DNA of 63,016 nt, filler included, from Reticulomyxa filosa (taxonomy: Eukaryota; Protista; Foraminifera), in assembly GCA_000512085.1 (NCBI GenBank). It is 18 parts of 18 records of this genome, joined end to end, with 100 filler letters (N's around TTAATTAATTAA, not from the genome) between each part and the next. Parts side by side here need not be neighbours in the genome. Positions count along the whole stretch, not along the records: positions 53,114 to 54,337 come from ASPP01018732.1; positions 54,438 to 55,653 come from ASPP01043255.1; positions 55,754 to 58,000 come from ASPP01003351.1; positions 58,101 to 61,072 come from ASPP01018439.1; positions 61,173 to 63,016 come from ASPP01028027.1; 13 more parts are not named here. One strand, given 5' to 3'. The position numbers and the translations under genes were made by a program. Positions 53,114-63,016 of the stretch are shown here, piece after piece; position 1 is the first letter of the stretch; the number at the start of each line of letters is the position of its first letter. Under the pieces are notes generated by a model. That model did not search any database. It saw only the letters and a program-made list of their open reading frames with translations, and was not told the DNA's origin.

Positions 53114-54140
53114 GGTCGAGCTGTTCCAGCACCTGCACGATCTGCTGGTCGGCGTCGCGGATGGCGTTGAAGTAGTAGTTCTGCCGCAGACGCATGCGCC
53201 ATTCCTCCTGCGGGATCAGCCCGGTCAGGATGGCATTGGCCCCCTTGTAGATGTGATGCGCCGGCACGCGATCGGGCGTGTCGAGCGACTGCTGCCAGGT
53301 CTTCTGCAGCGGGATCTCGTTCCATTCCCGCCGATAGAAGGAATCGTCCGGCGGATAATCGATCTTGAGCTTGGCCTCGACCGCCTGCACCGGCTTCTCG
53401 CCGCGCTTGTCGGTGTTCACCCACATGACGTCGTGCGGGTTCACGAGATTGACCGCGAGATACCAGGGCTGCTTCCGGTCCGTCATCGGCCGGCCCTTGG
53501 CCTTGAGCCACTGGATGGCCTGCGCCGCCGTAATCTGGTCGTACTGGTAGCCGCCCTGCGGCCTTCGATGAAGTCGCCGACGCCGGTATAGTCGTAGAAG
53601 CCGTAGTCGCGATCCATCATGGTCTCGAACAGAGCCTTGATGTCGCCGGCGTGGTTCTCCATCGCCATCGCGCCGTTCAGGTGCCACTTGCCCTTGTAGG
53701 CGGTGTAGTAACCCATCTTGCGCAGGATCTTGCCGATGGTCGGCAGGCTTGGATCCAGGCTCTTCATGTAGGGCACGCCGGCATTGTCGAAGATGCCGTT
53801 ATGCGGCATGTGCAGCCCGGTGTAGATCACCGCGCGCGAGGCCGAGCACATGTCTGCGGCGATCTGGTGATTCTCGAAATAGGTCCCCCGTCGTACGCAG
53901 CCGTTCGTGTCCCGGCAGCGGTATGGGCCAGCCGGGTCCCATGTAGTGCTCCTGGTCCGTCAGGATGAAGAGGATGTTGTAGCCGCCCTCGTTCGAGCCC
54001 GGCGCCTCGGCGGACGGAAAGGCCGATTCGGTGCCGCCGGTGATGCTGGTCGTCTGCGCCTGGGCGGGCGTATCGCACGCGGCCGTAGCGGCGAGAGCGG
54101 CACTGCCGGCGATGAAGGTTCTGCGCGTTGTATCGGTCAT
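53114..54140 (-). CDS. Bacterial Tat-exported formylglycine-dependent sulfatase, 3' truncated, two 1-nt frameshifts
   Basis: SD GAGGA; Tat motif TRRTFI; NILFILTDQE; CSASR..YTG signature; GYYTAYKGKWHL; NPHD; YYFNAIRDAD. Frameshifts at 53885-53889 (G run) and about 53562. Confidence 0.92.
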
Positions 54141-54162
54141 GGCTTCCTCGAAGAGAGCACGC

Positions 54163-54336
54163 TCACCTCGTAGCACCGAATCGTGGCACGCGCGCGAGGT
54201 CGAGAAGCCGCGCGCAATCGACATGTTCTTCGAGATGATCGGCCAGCCGGTCGAGCGTGTCCTCTATTCCGGCCTCGTAGTCGAGACCGGAGCTCGCGGC
54301 GCCGATCCGCTGCAGCCACCGACGCCGTTGACGATC
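54163..54336 (-). CDS. cobQ: Cobyric acid synthase, C-terminal fragment (absent from the ORF track)
   Basis: [49 protein letters not shown] matches the recalled CobQ C-terminus (LDxLAxHLExHxDxxxL). Confidence 0.8.
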   Translation of the reverse strand, partial: DRQRRRWLQRIGAASSGLDYEAGIEDTLDRLADHLEEHVDCARLLDLARVPRFGATR

Positions 54337-54437
54337 GNNNNNNNNNNNNNNNNNNNNNNNNNNNNNNNNNNNNNNNNNNNNTTAATTAATTAANNNNNNN
54401 NNNNNNNNNNNNNNNNNNNNNNNNNNNNNNNNNNNNN

Positions 54438-55603
54438 TAAAATTCAATATCCCATCATAGCCATACGAAAAATATTGAGCATTATGAGGATAATTGGTTG
54501 CGTTTTTCAACGTGTTATTGGATACTTTCGAATAGTAACAAACACATTACAATTTCAATAGCATTTCATTACGTTATTCATGGGTTTAAAAATCCGTGTA
54601 TGCACGTACGTATACATATATATACATATCTACGTATAAATGCATTTCAAAAATGAAAAAATAAATACAAAACGTCTGAATCTCCACAATTCAAGTCCAT
54701 TGGAATGAACGACTTGGTCGAAAGTGTAATTGACTTTTCTGGAGAAAGGCAAATGCCAAACGAGCAATGTGTCATTTTTGGAGACGTATTTCCATGGCCA
54801 GTTTCTGGTTTCGCGCGAAGGATAGACAGGTTCCATGGAAGACCAGTATGAGATATTGGTAGTGTTCCAAATCTCTTCTAGCACTCGCAAATCATAGCGA
54901 TCACAGTAGCCAGTGCGTTCCACCATATTTATCGAGGCTTGGTTTAGTAATCCATACTTTGTTTCTTCCTTTTTTTTTTTTTTTATTATTGATTTTCTTC
55001 GTCTACCTCCTTCCCTTCCTCCCCTCCCCTCTTCTCCAAAAAAAAAAAAAAGGGGAAGAAAAACGTATACGTTTTTAAAAAAATTATATGAACATTCCTT
55101 TTTTTCTTTCATACTTGTGACTGATTACAGAAACAAAACAAAATAAAGAAATAAAGTATGTAACAGCAACGAAACAACAGATTTGAAAGAGATTTCTGCC
55201 AATCCAGGATCGGTGACCCCTAAAATAACATTTCGAATAGGCACTTGATAAAACAACTTGATGGCGGGTAGAGAGCCGAAATATTCGGCCCAATTCGCGA
55301 GCGCAAATCCTGTGTTCATTGTATTGAAAAACGTAAGCATGCCTGGATTCAAAATAGTCACTGTTTCATTGATGTCGATGCTATTCTGTGAATTTGTCAT
55401 GTCCGCTTGGTATTCAAATGTAAATTCATAACGATAACTGACTGTGCAAGAATCTTCCGAAAACACGACGTCCTTCTTAAACTCGAATCGTCGATAGATA
55501 TATGGCCCAATCTCTTGTAATTGTGGTATTGATCCATTCAACACTTCGTATGGATTTGTTATATTGTACACGTAAAAATTAAACAATTGTACTCCACTAT
55601 CCT
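54438..55603 (-). CDS. CD36/scavenger receptor class B (LIMP-2-like) family, internal fragment
   Basis: FYVYNITNPYEVLNGSIPQLQEIGPYIYR...TVSY...TVTILNP; later LLVWHLPFSRKVNYTF...GLELWRF. Confidence 0.9.
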
Positions 55604-55613
55604 ATCCCATTTC

Positions 55614-55653
<40 letters not shown>

Positions 55654-55761
55654 NNNNNNNNNNNNNNNNNNNNNNNNNNNNNNNNNNNNNNNNNNNNTTA
55701 ATTAATTAANNNNNNNNNNNNNNNNNNNNNNNNNNNNNNNNNNNNNNNNNNNNCATTACTA

Positions 55762-55799
<38 letters not shown>

Positions 55800-55823
55800 C
55801 ATATATATGTATATGTATATACA

Positions 55824-57425
55824 TGTTTTGGGATCCATTTGGTTTGTTGAAAAGACTTGGTAGATAACATGCGAATGTGTTTGATATGGGAGTCGAAAGT
55901 GATTGCACACATCCATCAACATTTGAAGCCGTCACGATCAACGTACAGTTCGACGGATGCAATTGAACAATTACTGGTTCAGCCTTATGGAAAGCAAGTC
56001 CAATGGCAAGTCTCGTGCTGGTACGTCCGAGATTTAATTGAAAGTAGAGTCATTCGTATGCCAAAGGCGTCTTTTATCGACGGCCTTTTTGATCACTCCT
56101 TTTTTTCCAATGTGTTCACTTCACAGCAATTAGCTTTAGTTCATTCCAAAGATGAATCCGTCGAACCTCTTCAAAAAGTCACACGTCGACTGGTCGAACT
56201 CTTGCAAAATAGTCACAGCAGTGACACTTGCTTGTCTTACCTATTCGAGTTGTCGACTGTCGATCTCCACACGTGTCGCTTTGTGGTTAACACACTTGCA
56301 TTGTATTTTGTCACGTTCAAGTCCTTTCAAGCACAATGGCACTTCATTCAACACAAACTCATTCCCTTATTCATTCAATACCTACCGTATTTGTCACCAC
56401 AAGTTTCACGCTAAACAAATATATATTACATATATATATATATATATATATATATGTAATATATATTTGTTTACTTTGCTTTTTCTTTTATGGATCCATT
56501 TATTGACACAGGAATCCGAACTCGTCATCGAATTGCTTCTTGTCAACTTGTGCCAGCCAATTCAATATCCAATTCGATTGGACTTAGACAATGTCAGGAC
56601 AGGTCATTGTTTGACTTTCGATCGTTGCTTTATGATTGGGACAGTTATCTTTCGGACTCTTGACAAATTACTATGGACGTGTGCCCCCAGCGTTTTTGAT
56701 TACGTGTCCATCCATTTGTTGTCTTCTCTTAAAGTTTGCATTTGTTTTATTTTAGTACTGAAATTATAACATGCAGCATCACATACTTCATTTTGTATAT
56801 TTGTTTCCATATTCGCAAATAGAAAATTGCAAACGCATTGGCAGACGCCGATATGAAGACATCAAAGCAACAAAACACAAAGATTGATGCAGATTGGCCA
56901 GTAGTCGATGACAAATTAACGCTGCACTATTGGATTCTGCAGAGTCTGTGTCTTTTGCTAAGCAAAATCAAAGACTTAAATTTTCACACAAATCAATGCT
57001 TTCTTTTTTTATGCGATGTCTTAAAAGAGACACTACAAAATTGCAAAAAAACCTTGGACACATTTGATCTTTTTCATTCCATCGCCAATGATGTCAGACA
57101 TGCAGCAGATGCCAATGCATTGAAAATGAAATTGCGGAGCCGCTTAAAACTACTTTTCAAAAAATACAGTATCAATGACAGTGCAAATTCTAATGCCAAT
57201 GTAAGTGCCGATATCAATGCCATTACCCGAAAAAATAATCCGACTCAGATCATTTTCACTGACGAAATGATTCAAGAGGTTAAAAAAAAAGTCAGTCACA
57301 AAAGGAATGCTGTTGTCGACGAAATTCATAACATACATACAATGATTGCATTGGAGTTTAAACAATTGCCAACACAATTTCAAAGTTTGCTCGACCAAAT
57401 TTTAAGACAGTCTCGTGTTACTTAA
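55824..57425 (+). CDS. Multi-exon alpha-helical hypothetical protein, 5' truncated
   Basis: Three coding-like segments (to about 56402, 56512-56732, 56823-57425) separated by GT-AG introns. Confidence 0.55.
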
Positions 57426-58501
57426 TTCTAATTTGAATTTTTTTACTTTCCTTATCCGGTTACGGGTTGGTAATATTTATCCTAAAGATTTGTACAATGA
57501 AAGATCATATAACGGAAAGAATCAACACAAGAAAGCGTAAAAAAAAAATTACATTTATACGTTGTAAAACTTGACTTAAAGATAATCATAAGCGCAATAC
57601 GAATAGTCATATTTCGGCAAAATTAAAAAAAGGTATGCAAACAAAAGTAAATAATTCCTAAGTTTTATACGACACTTCACATTTACTGTGATTGTCATAA
57701 AGTACAGTATACTTTTTTGTCACATGATGAACAACGCATTGGATTTTGATACAGTAAGATAAAAAAGAAAGTTGACACATAAAATGCCACATTATAGAGA
57801 TGATTGCGTTTCTAAACGAAAAAACAACATTTAATAAAAATTTTTTAAAAAAAAAATCTACGAATCATGTAGTTTTTAAATATCATTTTGGTTTTTTATT
57901 AAGTCTTTTCAATTTTTTTCAAAATTTTAATATTTGATTTGATTTGGTAAAATTTCTTAAAAAAGTTGACAATAGTGTTTTTCTCGTAGTCATGAAATTT
58001 NNNNNNNNNNNNNNNNNNNNNNNNNNNNNNNNNNNNNNNNNNNNTTAATTAATTAANNNNNNNNNNNNNNNNNNNNNNNNNNNNNNNNNNNNNNNNNNNN
58101 CCCCCTCTCTCTTTTCCGTTTGTTGTCACTCTTTTTTTTTTTTTTTGGATTGAAATGCAAGGGAGGGGAAAAAAAAAAAAAAGCTTAACAAATGCTTGCA
58201 TTTGAGTGACTGAAAAACTGTTGCTCAAAGACCCCATTGAATCGAAGTTACTCTGTGAATTGCCTTTTGAAACCATGGATGCCTTTGATCGATGCGACAA
58301 ATTCGATACCTTTGTTTATTTGTTATACGTTGTTTCAACGCTAAAAAAATATGAATATTATGAGAACGCACATGTTTTTACAACGCGTATACGTTTCTCT
58401 AGTTCACTCGTACATATTCCTTTGTAAGTATCAATTAAATGCGTATATTCGTACACATTTATATATTTAAGCAATGCTTTTTTTTTTTTTTTTTTTTTTC
58501 G

Positions 58502-59359
58502 TTACAAATTAACTTGGCTATGTTTGTAGTAATGTTCATCTTCAGCTTGATTTAATGTCGACTTGGAAGAGCGTGGCCCTGACAAAGTGAGAGCGGCATT
58601 GTGCATGGGACCCATATTGGACGATCTGTCGTTTCGACGAAAGTATCGACTGTCACGAATCTCGTGAAAAGGGTTCATTTTTCCGTCTTTATCTGTGTTG
58701 GGATACGTAGGAGTCGAGATACCACGGGTACCCATGGAACCTTCTTGTGATCCACTTTTATCGTGTTTGGAATTGACGCCGTCATGTCCAAGTGTCTGGC
58801 TTGGTCGCAAAAGAGTTTGCGCTGCTTGCTCATTGTTGGCAATCACTTCATTGGTTTTAAAGCGGACATGCAGGCTATGAAACTTTGGCTTACTTCGCTG
58901 TTTTCGGCTTTGGCTATGAGACGTGTTGTCTTCATCTCGGCTCCGTTCTCTCTCATCCTCAAAGTTGGACATTGTCTTTTGTTTGATGTGCTGAACATAT
59001 GCTGGCGTATGAATTATGGTAGTGACAGTGGGCACATGACCGCTATCTTGAGAGCTGCCGTCGTCGTGATCATTGTCATTGTCGGACATTGTCGCTTTCG
59101 TGTCAATGAACACTGTGGAGACCACGGCTAAGTCATCTTGACTTTCAACTTCAGGGTTGGATATTTTTTTTGCTTCGCCTATTTCATTCCAACTTGATTG
59201 GGTCGGTGTTGATGCAGCTGAGGATTGTCTTTCATACACATTCTCATATCCGGAATTTTGAGTTGGTGATGGCAACTTGCTTTGGCTGCGCTTTGCTGTG
59301 CGAGCTTCTCGAGAATTCGATCGCACAAAATATTGACTGTTTATTGACATTTGGCTCAT
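58502..59359 (-). CDS. Ser-rich low-complexity protein exon
   Basis: 285-aa hydrophilic ORF with coding composition; it probably splices onward to a segment near 58200-58310. Confidence 0.55.
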   Translation of the reverse strand: MSQMSINSQYFVRSNSREARTAKRSQSKLPSPTQNSGYENVYERQSSAASTPTQSSWNEIGEAKKISNPEVESQDDLAVVSTVFIDTKATMSDNDNDHDDGSSQDSGHVPTVTTIIHTPAYVQHIKQKTMSNFEDERERSRDEDNTSHSQSRKQRSKPKFHSLHVRFKTNEVIANNEQAAQTLLRPSQTLGHDGVNSKHDKSGSQEGSMGTRGISTPTYPNTDKDGKMNPFHEIRDSRYFRRNDRSSNMGPMHNAALTLSGPRSSKSTLNQAEDEHYYKHSQVNL

Positions 59360-60184
59360 AATTTTCGTTTTTGTTTTTCTTGAAATTCTGTTTTGTTGTT
59401 GTGGGTTGCAAACTGGCTTGTGTCAGGAGATTTTCGATTAGTCTGTTTTTAACGATGCTTTGCAAACAAATAATATGCAGAGAAAAGAGACAAATACCTC
59501 AAATATGTCTATTGCATTACGAAATTCAATCCGTTCTTGGTTTCAGTTTTACTGAAGCCAACACCACTTGACTTCCCCGTTCAACAAAGTGTCATGTATG
59601 GACAGTATGTCTTGACTGATCAAACAAATTGCATTGCTTTACGTCAATGAAGACGTTTGTTGAATAAGAATATTTACTATACAAAAATCTACTATAAAAA
59701 TCTCAAATTAAATCTCTGCATTTTCGACAAAGAAAAGCTGTTATATCATTAAAACTCTAAATTAAAAGTTAAAACACAAAAAGTACGTATTTCGGCATAT
59801 AGTTTTTTCCAAAATAAAAAGCTAACACAAAAGGGTAACCCAAGCAAAAATGCAAAAAAGTTAATTTATGTGTTTCTGAACGTCCTTAGAAAAATTGTCA
59901 AATTTTTCTGGTTTTTCGTCGAGAAAATCTGTTCTCTCTATGATGGTTTTTTTTGTACTGCTGTATTGTTTTAAACTAACTCGAAAGCATTTGACAAAGA
60001 AAACGCTTGGGTTGTGTGCGACTAGTAGAAACACTTACTTAACTGATACAACCAAAAAGAATCAGTCCAAAAAAATTGTTTTTTGCTGAAACGATAGTCC
60101 TCCAAACATGGATAGTATTATCAAATAAATCATAATATTGTAAGACGATTACGTTGTTAAATGATAATACTTTAATTTTATAAG

Positions 60185-60560
60185 CTAACTTGTGTTATTG
60201 CTATTTGCATTGTTAATTATCTTTAATATCCAAAAACGAATGGCTTTGTCATGTAATAAGAACAAGTACATTACACTCATGACCATAGTAATGAATTGTA
60301 AACTCAACAGAACAGAATTAAAATTTGAAATCCAAATTAGTTTTTTATTATTAACACTACAAATATCCTTTGTAAACATTGTTCAAGACTTTATATTAAA
60401 TATATCAGCAGGAAGACTGTCAAAATCATAGATCCATTTGAATTTGATGTGTAATATTCTGATCCAATACGGAATAATTTTTTTTCAGCTTTGATGGGAG
60501 ATAGAGCAGTTGTATTATTAATATACACTTCCCTTAAGACCACTTTTTTGCATATAAAAG
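60185..60560 (-). pseudogene. Decayed WD40-repeat gene
   Basis: Remnants such as LHDKAIRFW and YSPIK...SVLDQNITHQI interrupted by stops. Confidence 0.4.
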
Positions 60561-61299
60561 CAAGTTAGAGTGCAATTATCCAATGGAACTATTAAATAAA
60601 ATAAGAAACTCACAAAAGACCGCTCATTTTCTCAATTAACACAGCTTAAATTATATATTGTTTATGCGTTTTGATGTTTCGCTATTTGATACAAATATTT
60701 CTTCTTGATTCTACTACAAATTTCATAACTTATTGACCGACATCTAATATGATGTCATGTTTCAATGTAGCTAGTTATATGATTAGTTTCAATTTTAAGT
60801 TTCTTGTAATTTTACTACAAGCAACTTGAAGTTTGAATGCCTTTAATAAAAAACGTTACATATAATCTGTTTCTTTGCATCAATTTTTTCCGATAAATAT
60901 GCACGTATTTATTAAATAATAATAAAAAAAAAAAAAAAAAAAAAAATCCTTTTCAAATATTCTCATGCAAAGCTTCATAAGCTAGGTGTCTGAGAAAAGA
61001 TGAACAGTATTGACAACATCATAATATGTTATGTTTTTGGACTTTCCTAACAACAAGCAAACACCTTACCATNNNNNNNNNNNNNNNNNNNNNNNNNNNN
61101 NNNNNNNNNNNNNNNNTTAATTAATTAANNNNNNNNNNNNNNNNNNNNNNNNNNNNNNNNNNNNNNNNNNNNTGATATCGTTTTAGGCGTTCAGTTTTCT
61201 TTGCAACATATGTAATAGGATTCGACATTAGACACACATTCTCTTGCGGTGTAGAACTGTTAAAAGATCAAATACTTTTTCGGATTTACATTTGTAAAT

Positions 61300-61520
61300 G
61301 AATCCCTGAATTTTAGCTTCAATCAAAGTTCTGCAAACTCAATTGCGAAAGCGTACTTTTTAAATTTTTTGGTAAGCTGAAACTGACATAAGACGTTTCA
61401 AGATCATAATGATCTTGATCTTGATAAATATAGATGGCACATTCATAACATCGGATTGCGAATTTATATTTGTCTGTTTCATAATAGCAATTTCCTAAGT
61501 GATAATACAGTCCTTTTTTT
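61300..61520 (-). pseudogene. Decayed TPR gene
   Basis: LYYHLGNCYYETDKYKFAIRCYECAIYIYQD is one clear TPR, flanked by in-frame stops. Confidence 0.5.
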
Positions 61521-62236
61521 TATAAAACAACACCAACATCCATTGTGTATTTGCGCACTGTTAGCTGCCGGCCTACCTTCATGAAGGTAAACTTATTACA
61601 TTTCACGTAGTAATGCAGTGATAAGTCAAGGTTATCACTATTTCATAAAAATAGCCACGACGTCCTTTATCATTAACAACATCTTGGTGATTGTTGTCAG
61701 TGATTCTAAAGTCTCACGTGTCATACTTCAGGTCATCTTTTTTTATGCTCGCTTTGAGTATCTCATACAATTCCTTTAGCAGACTTTTCATGGTCAAATA
61801 AGTGACTGTCACTCCATACAGATTTTTTTTTTTCGGCAAATAATGGCTTTTGATGAGTACCTTTTTTTTTAAAAAAGGATATGCTAGAACCCTTTCTGTT
61901 CTTGGTAAAAGCTCTTCTCCCTTCCAAACTATGATTCTTTTTTATTTGATTGCCGGACAATAATAAATTCAGCAACAATCTAGAGTTAAATAAGTTACAT
62001 TTGTGTATTTTCAATGGAAGATTCTTTTTTTATTTGTTTGTTCAAATCTTTTGAAGGATTTTTTAAAATTTATCAACTAAAGTGGATTTTTTCTTAAATG
62101 TACTGACCGCTGTTCGAACTCCTGTCCCCTTCCGTTGGTTAAAAAATTTCACAAAAAAAAAACCGTGTGAAATAAAACTCAATCAAAAGTATTAAAGAAC
62201 TTTCAAACCGAAAACTAAGAAAGCAAAGGGAAAAAG

Positions 62237-63016
62237 ATGAGTGGGGTGGATGACGAGAAAACTCCAAAAGGAACAAATACTGGAGTAACTCCAGTTTCTA
62301 TTGAACAACAGTGTTTCGACAAAAATTGGATATTGCAATTGAATGAACCAAAACAATTTGAACACTTCATTTGTTCGATCTGCAAACAAGTTGCCAACTC
62401 CCCTGTCGAATTGTGTTGCCCGCAACATAAAGATATTGACGAATCGACTATTGTTGGTGAAAATTGCTTGAAGCAATTTTTAAAAGCCAATTCAAATTCG
62501 TGTCCTGTCCAACCTCATGAGAATATCGAGTACTCTCGATGTGCTGCGCTGCAACGACACATTGGTGCACTGAACATAACATGCCCACTACAATTTCAAC
62601 AGGAATCACAAGGACAAAATCAAAGAAATGAAGTAATCGTATGTGATTTCAAAGGAGAAATTAAAGAGTTGAATGATCATTTGAACAATGTCTGTCCTTT
62701 GAAAATATCAAATTGTTGGTATAAACCATTTGGATGTGAATACAATTGCTACAAACACAAACTGAATGATCATTTGTCATCAGAATTTAAACTTCATTTT
62801 GATTTGGTTGTGAAATTCATTCAAACATTACAAGTTTATTTTATATTTCAGAAAATATACTCAAATAAAACACATAATGAAAACAAAAATAGGAAGAGAT
62901 AAAGCAATTGAAATCACAAATTCAAATGAATGAAAATAATGCAATATTAATGAATGAAAACACTTTATTGAAAAAAGAGATTTCTCAACTTCAACAAGAT
63001 ATCATTCAATCAAATT
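62237..63016 (+). CDS. RING-like plus TRAF-type zinc-finger plus coiled-coil protein, runs off the window
   Basis: CSICKQVANSPVELCCPQH...VGENCLKQFL...SCPVQPH; CP...CDFKGEIKELNDHLNNVCP...CWYKPFGC...LNDHL...H; intron 62834-62892 in frame into a coiled coil. Confidence 0.85.

Overview
This window is not one locus. It is 18 unrelated short contigs joined by an artificial 100-nt linker (N44-TTAATTAATTAA-N44, stops in all six frames), so no synteny can be inferred across linkers. Sixteen contigs are AT-rich eukaryotic DNA with short (about 60-130 nt) GT-AG introns rich in poly-A/T and (TA)n. The family mix (kelch-like, NACHT-HEAT, caspase-like-TPR, RING/TRAF, PUB-ART, many decayed copies) suggests a rhizarian/foraminiferan such as Reticulomyxa; this is inference, not verified. 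Two contigs (34107-35340, 53114-54337) are GC-rich bacterial DNA: a plasmid/phage-like fragment, and the cobQ 3' end plus a Tat-exported sulfatase. Recognisable housekeeping genes: EMC2, HIG1-domain protein, Arp1-like actin-related protein, Sec10, PLPBP/YggS, CD36 family, TauE, DHHC and a RanBP2 zinc-finger fragment. The most interesting content is a set of unusual multidomain signalling/defence-like proteins: (i) Tudor-like/RING/IBR/PARP, where a PARP catalytic domain replaces RING2; (ii) CUE-like x2/PUB/toxin-type R-S-E ADP-ribosyltransferase; (iii) NACHT/HEAT/ankyrin with a putative C-terminal His-Asp-Gln-Cys protease; (iv) PB1-like/pseudo-caspase/TPR; (v) tandem PB1-like/TRAFAC GTPase. Three independent genes share a PB1/OPCA-like N-terminal module. 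Together these hint at a lineage-specific ubiquitin/ADP-ribose/protease innate-immune-like network. Many single-base frameshifts at homopolymers look like sequencing errors. All domain calls come from motif reading by eye; no searches were run.
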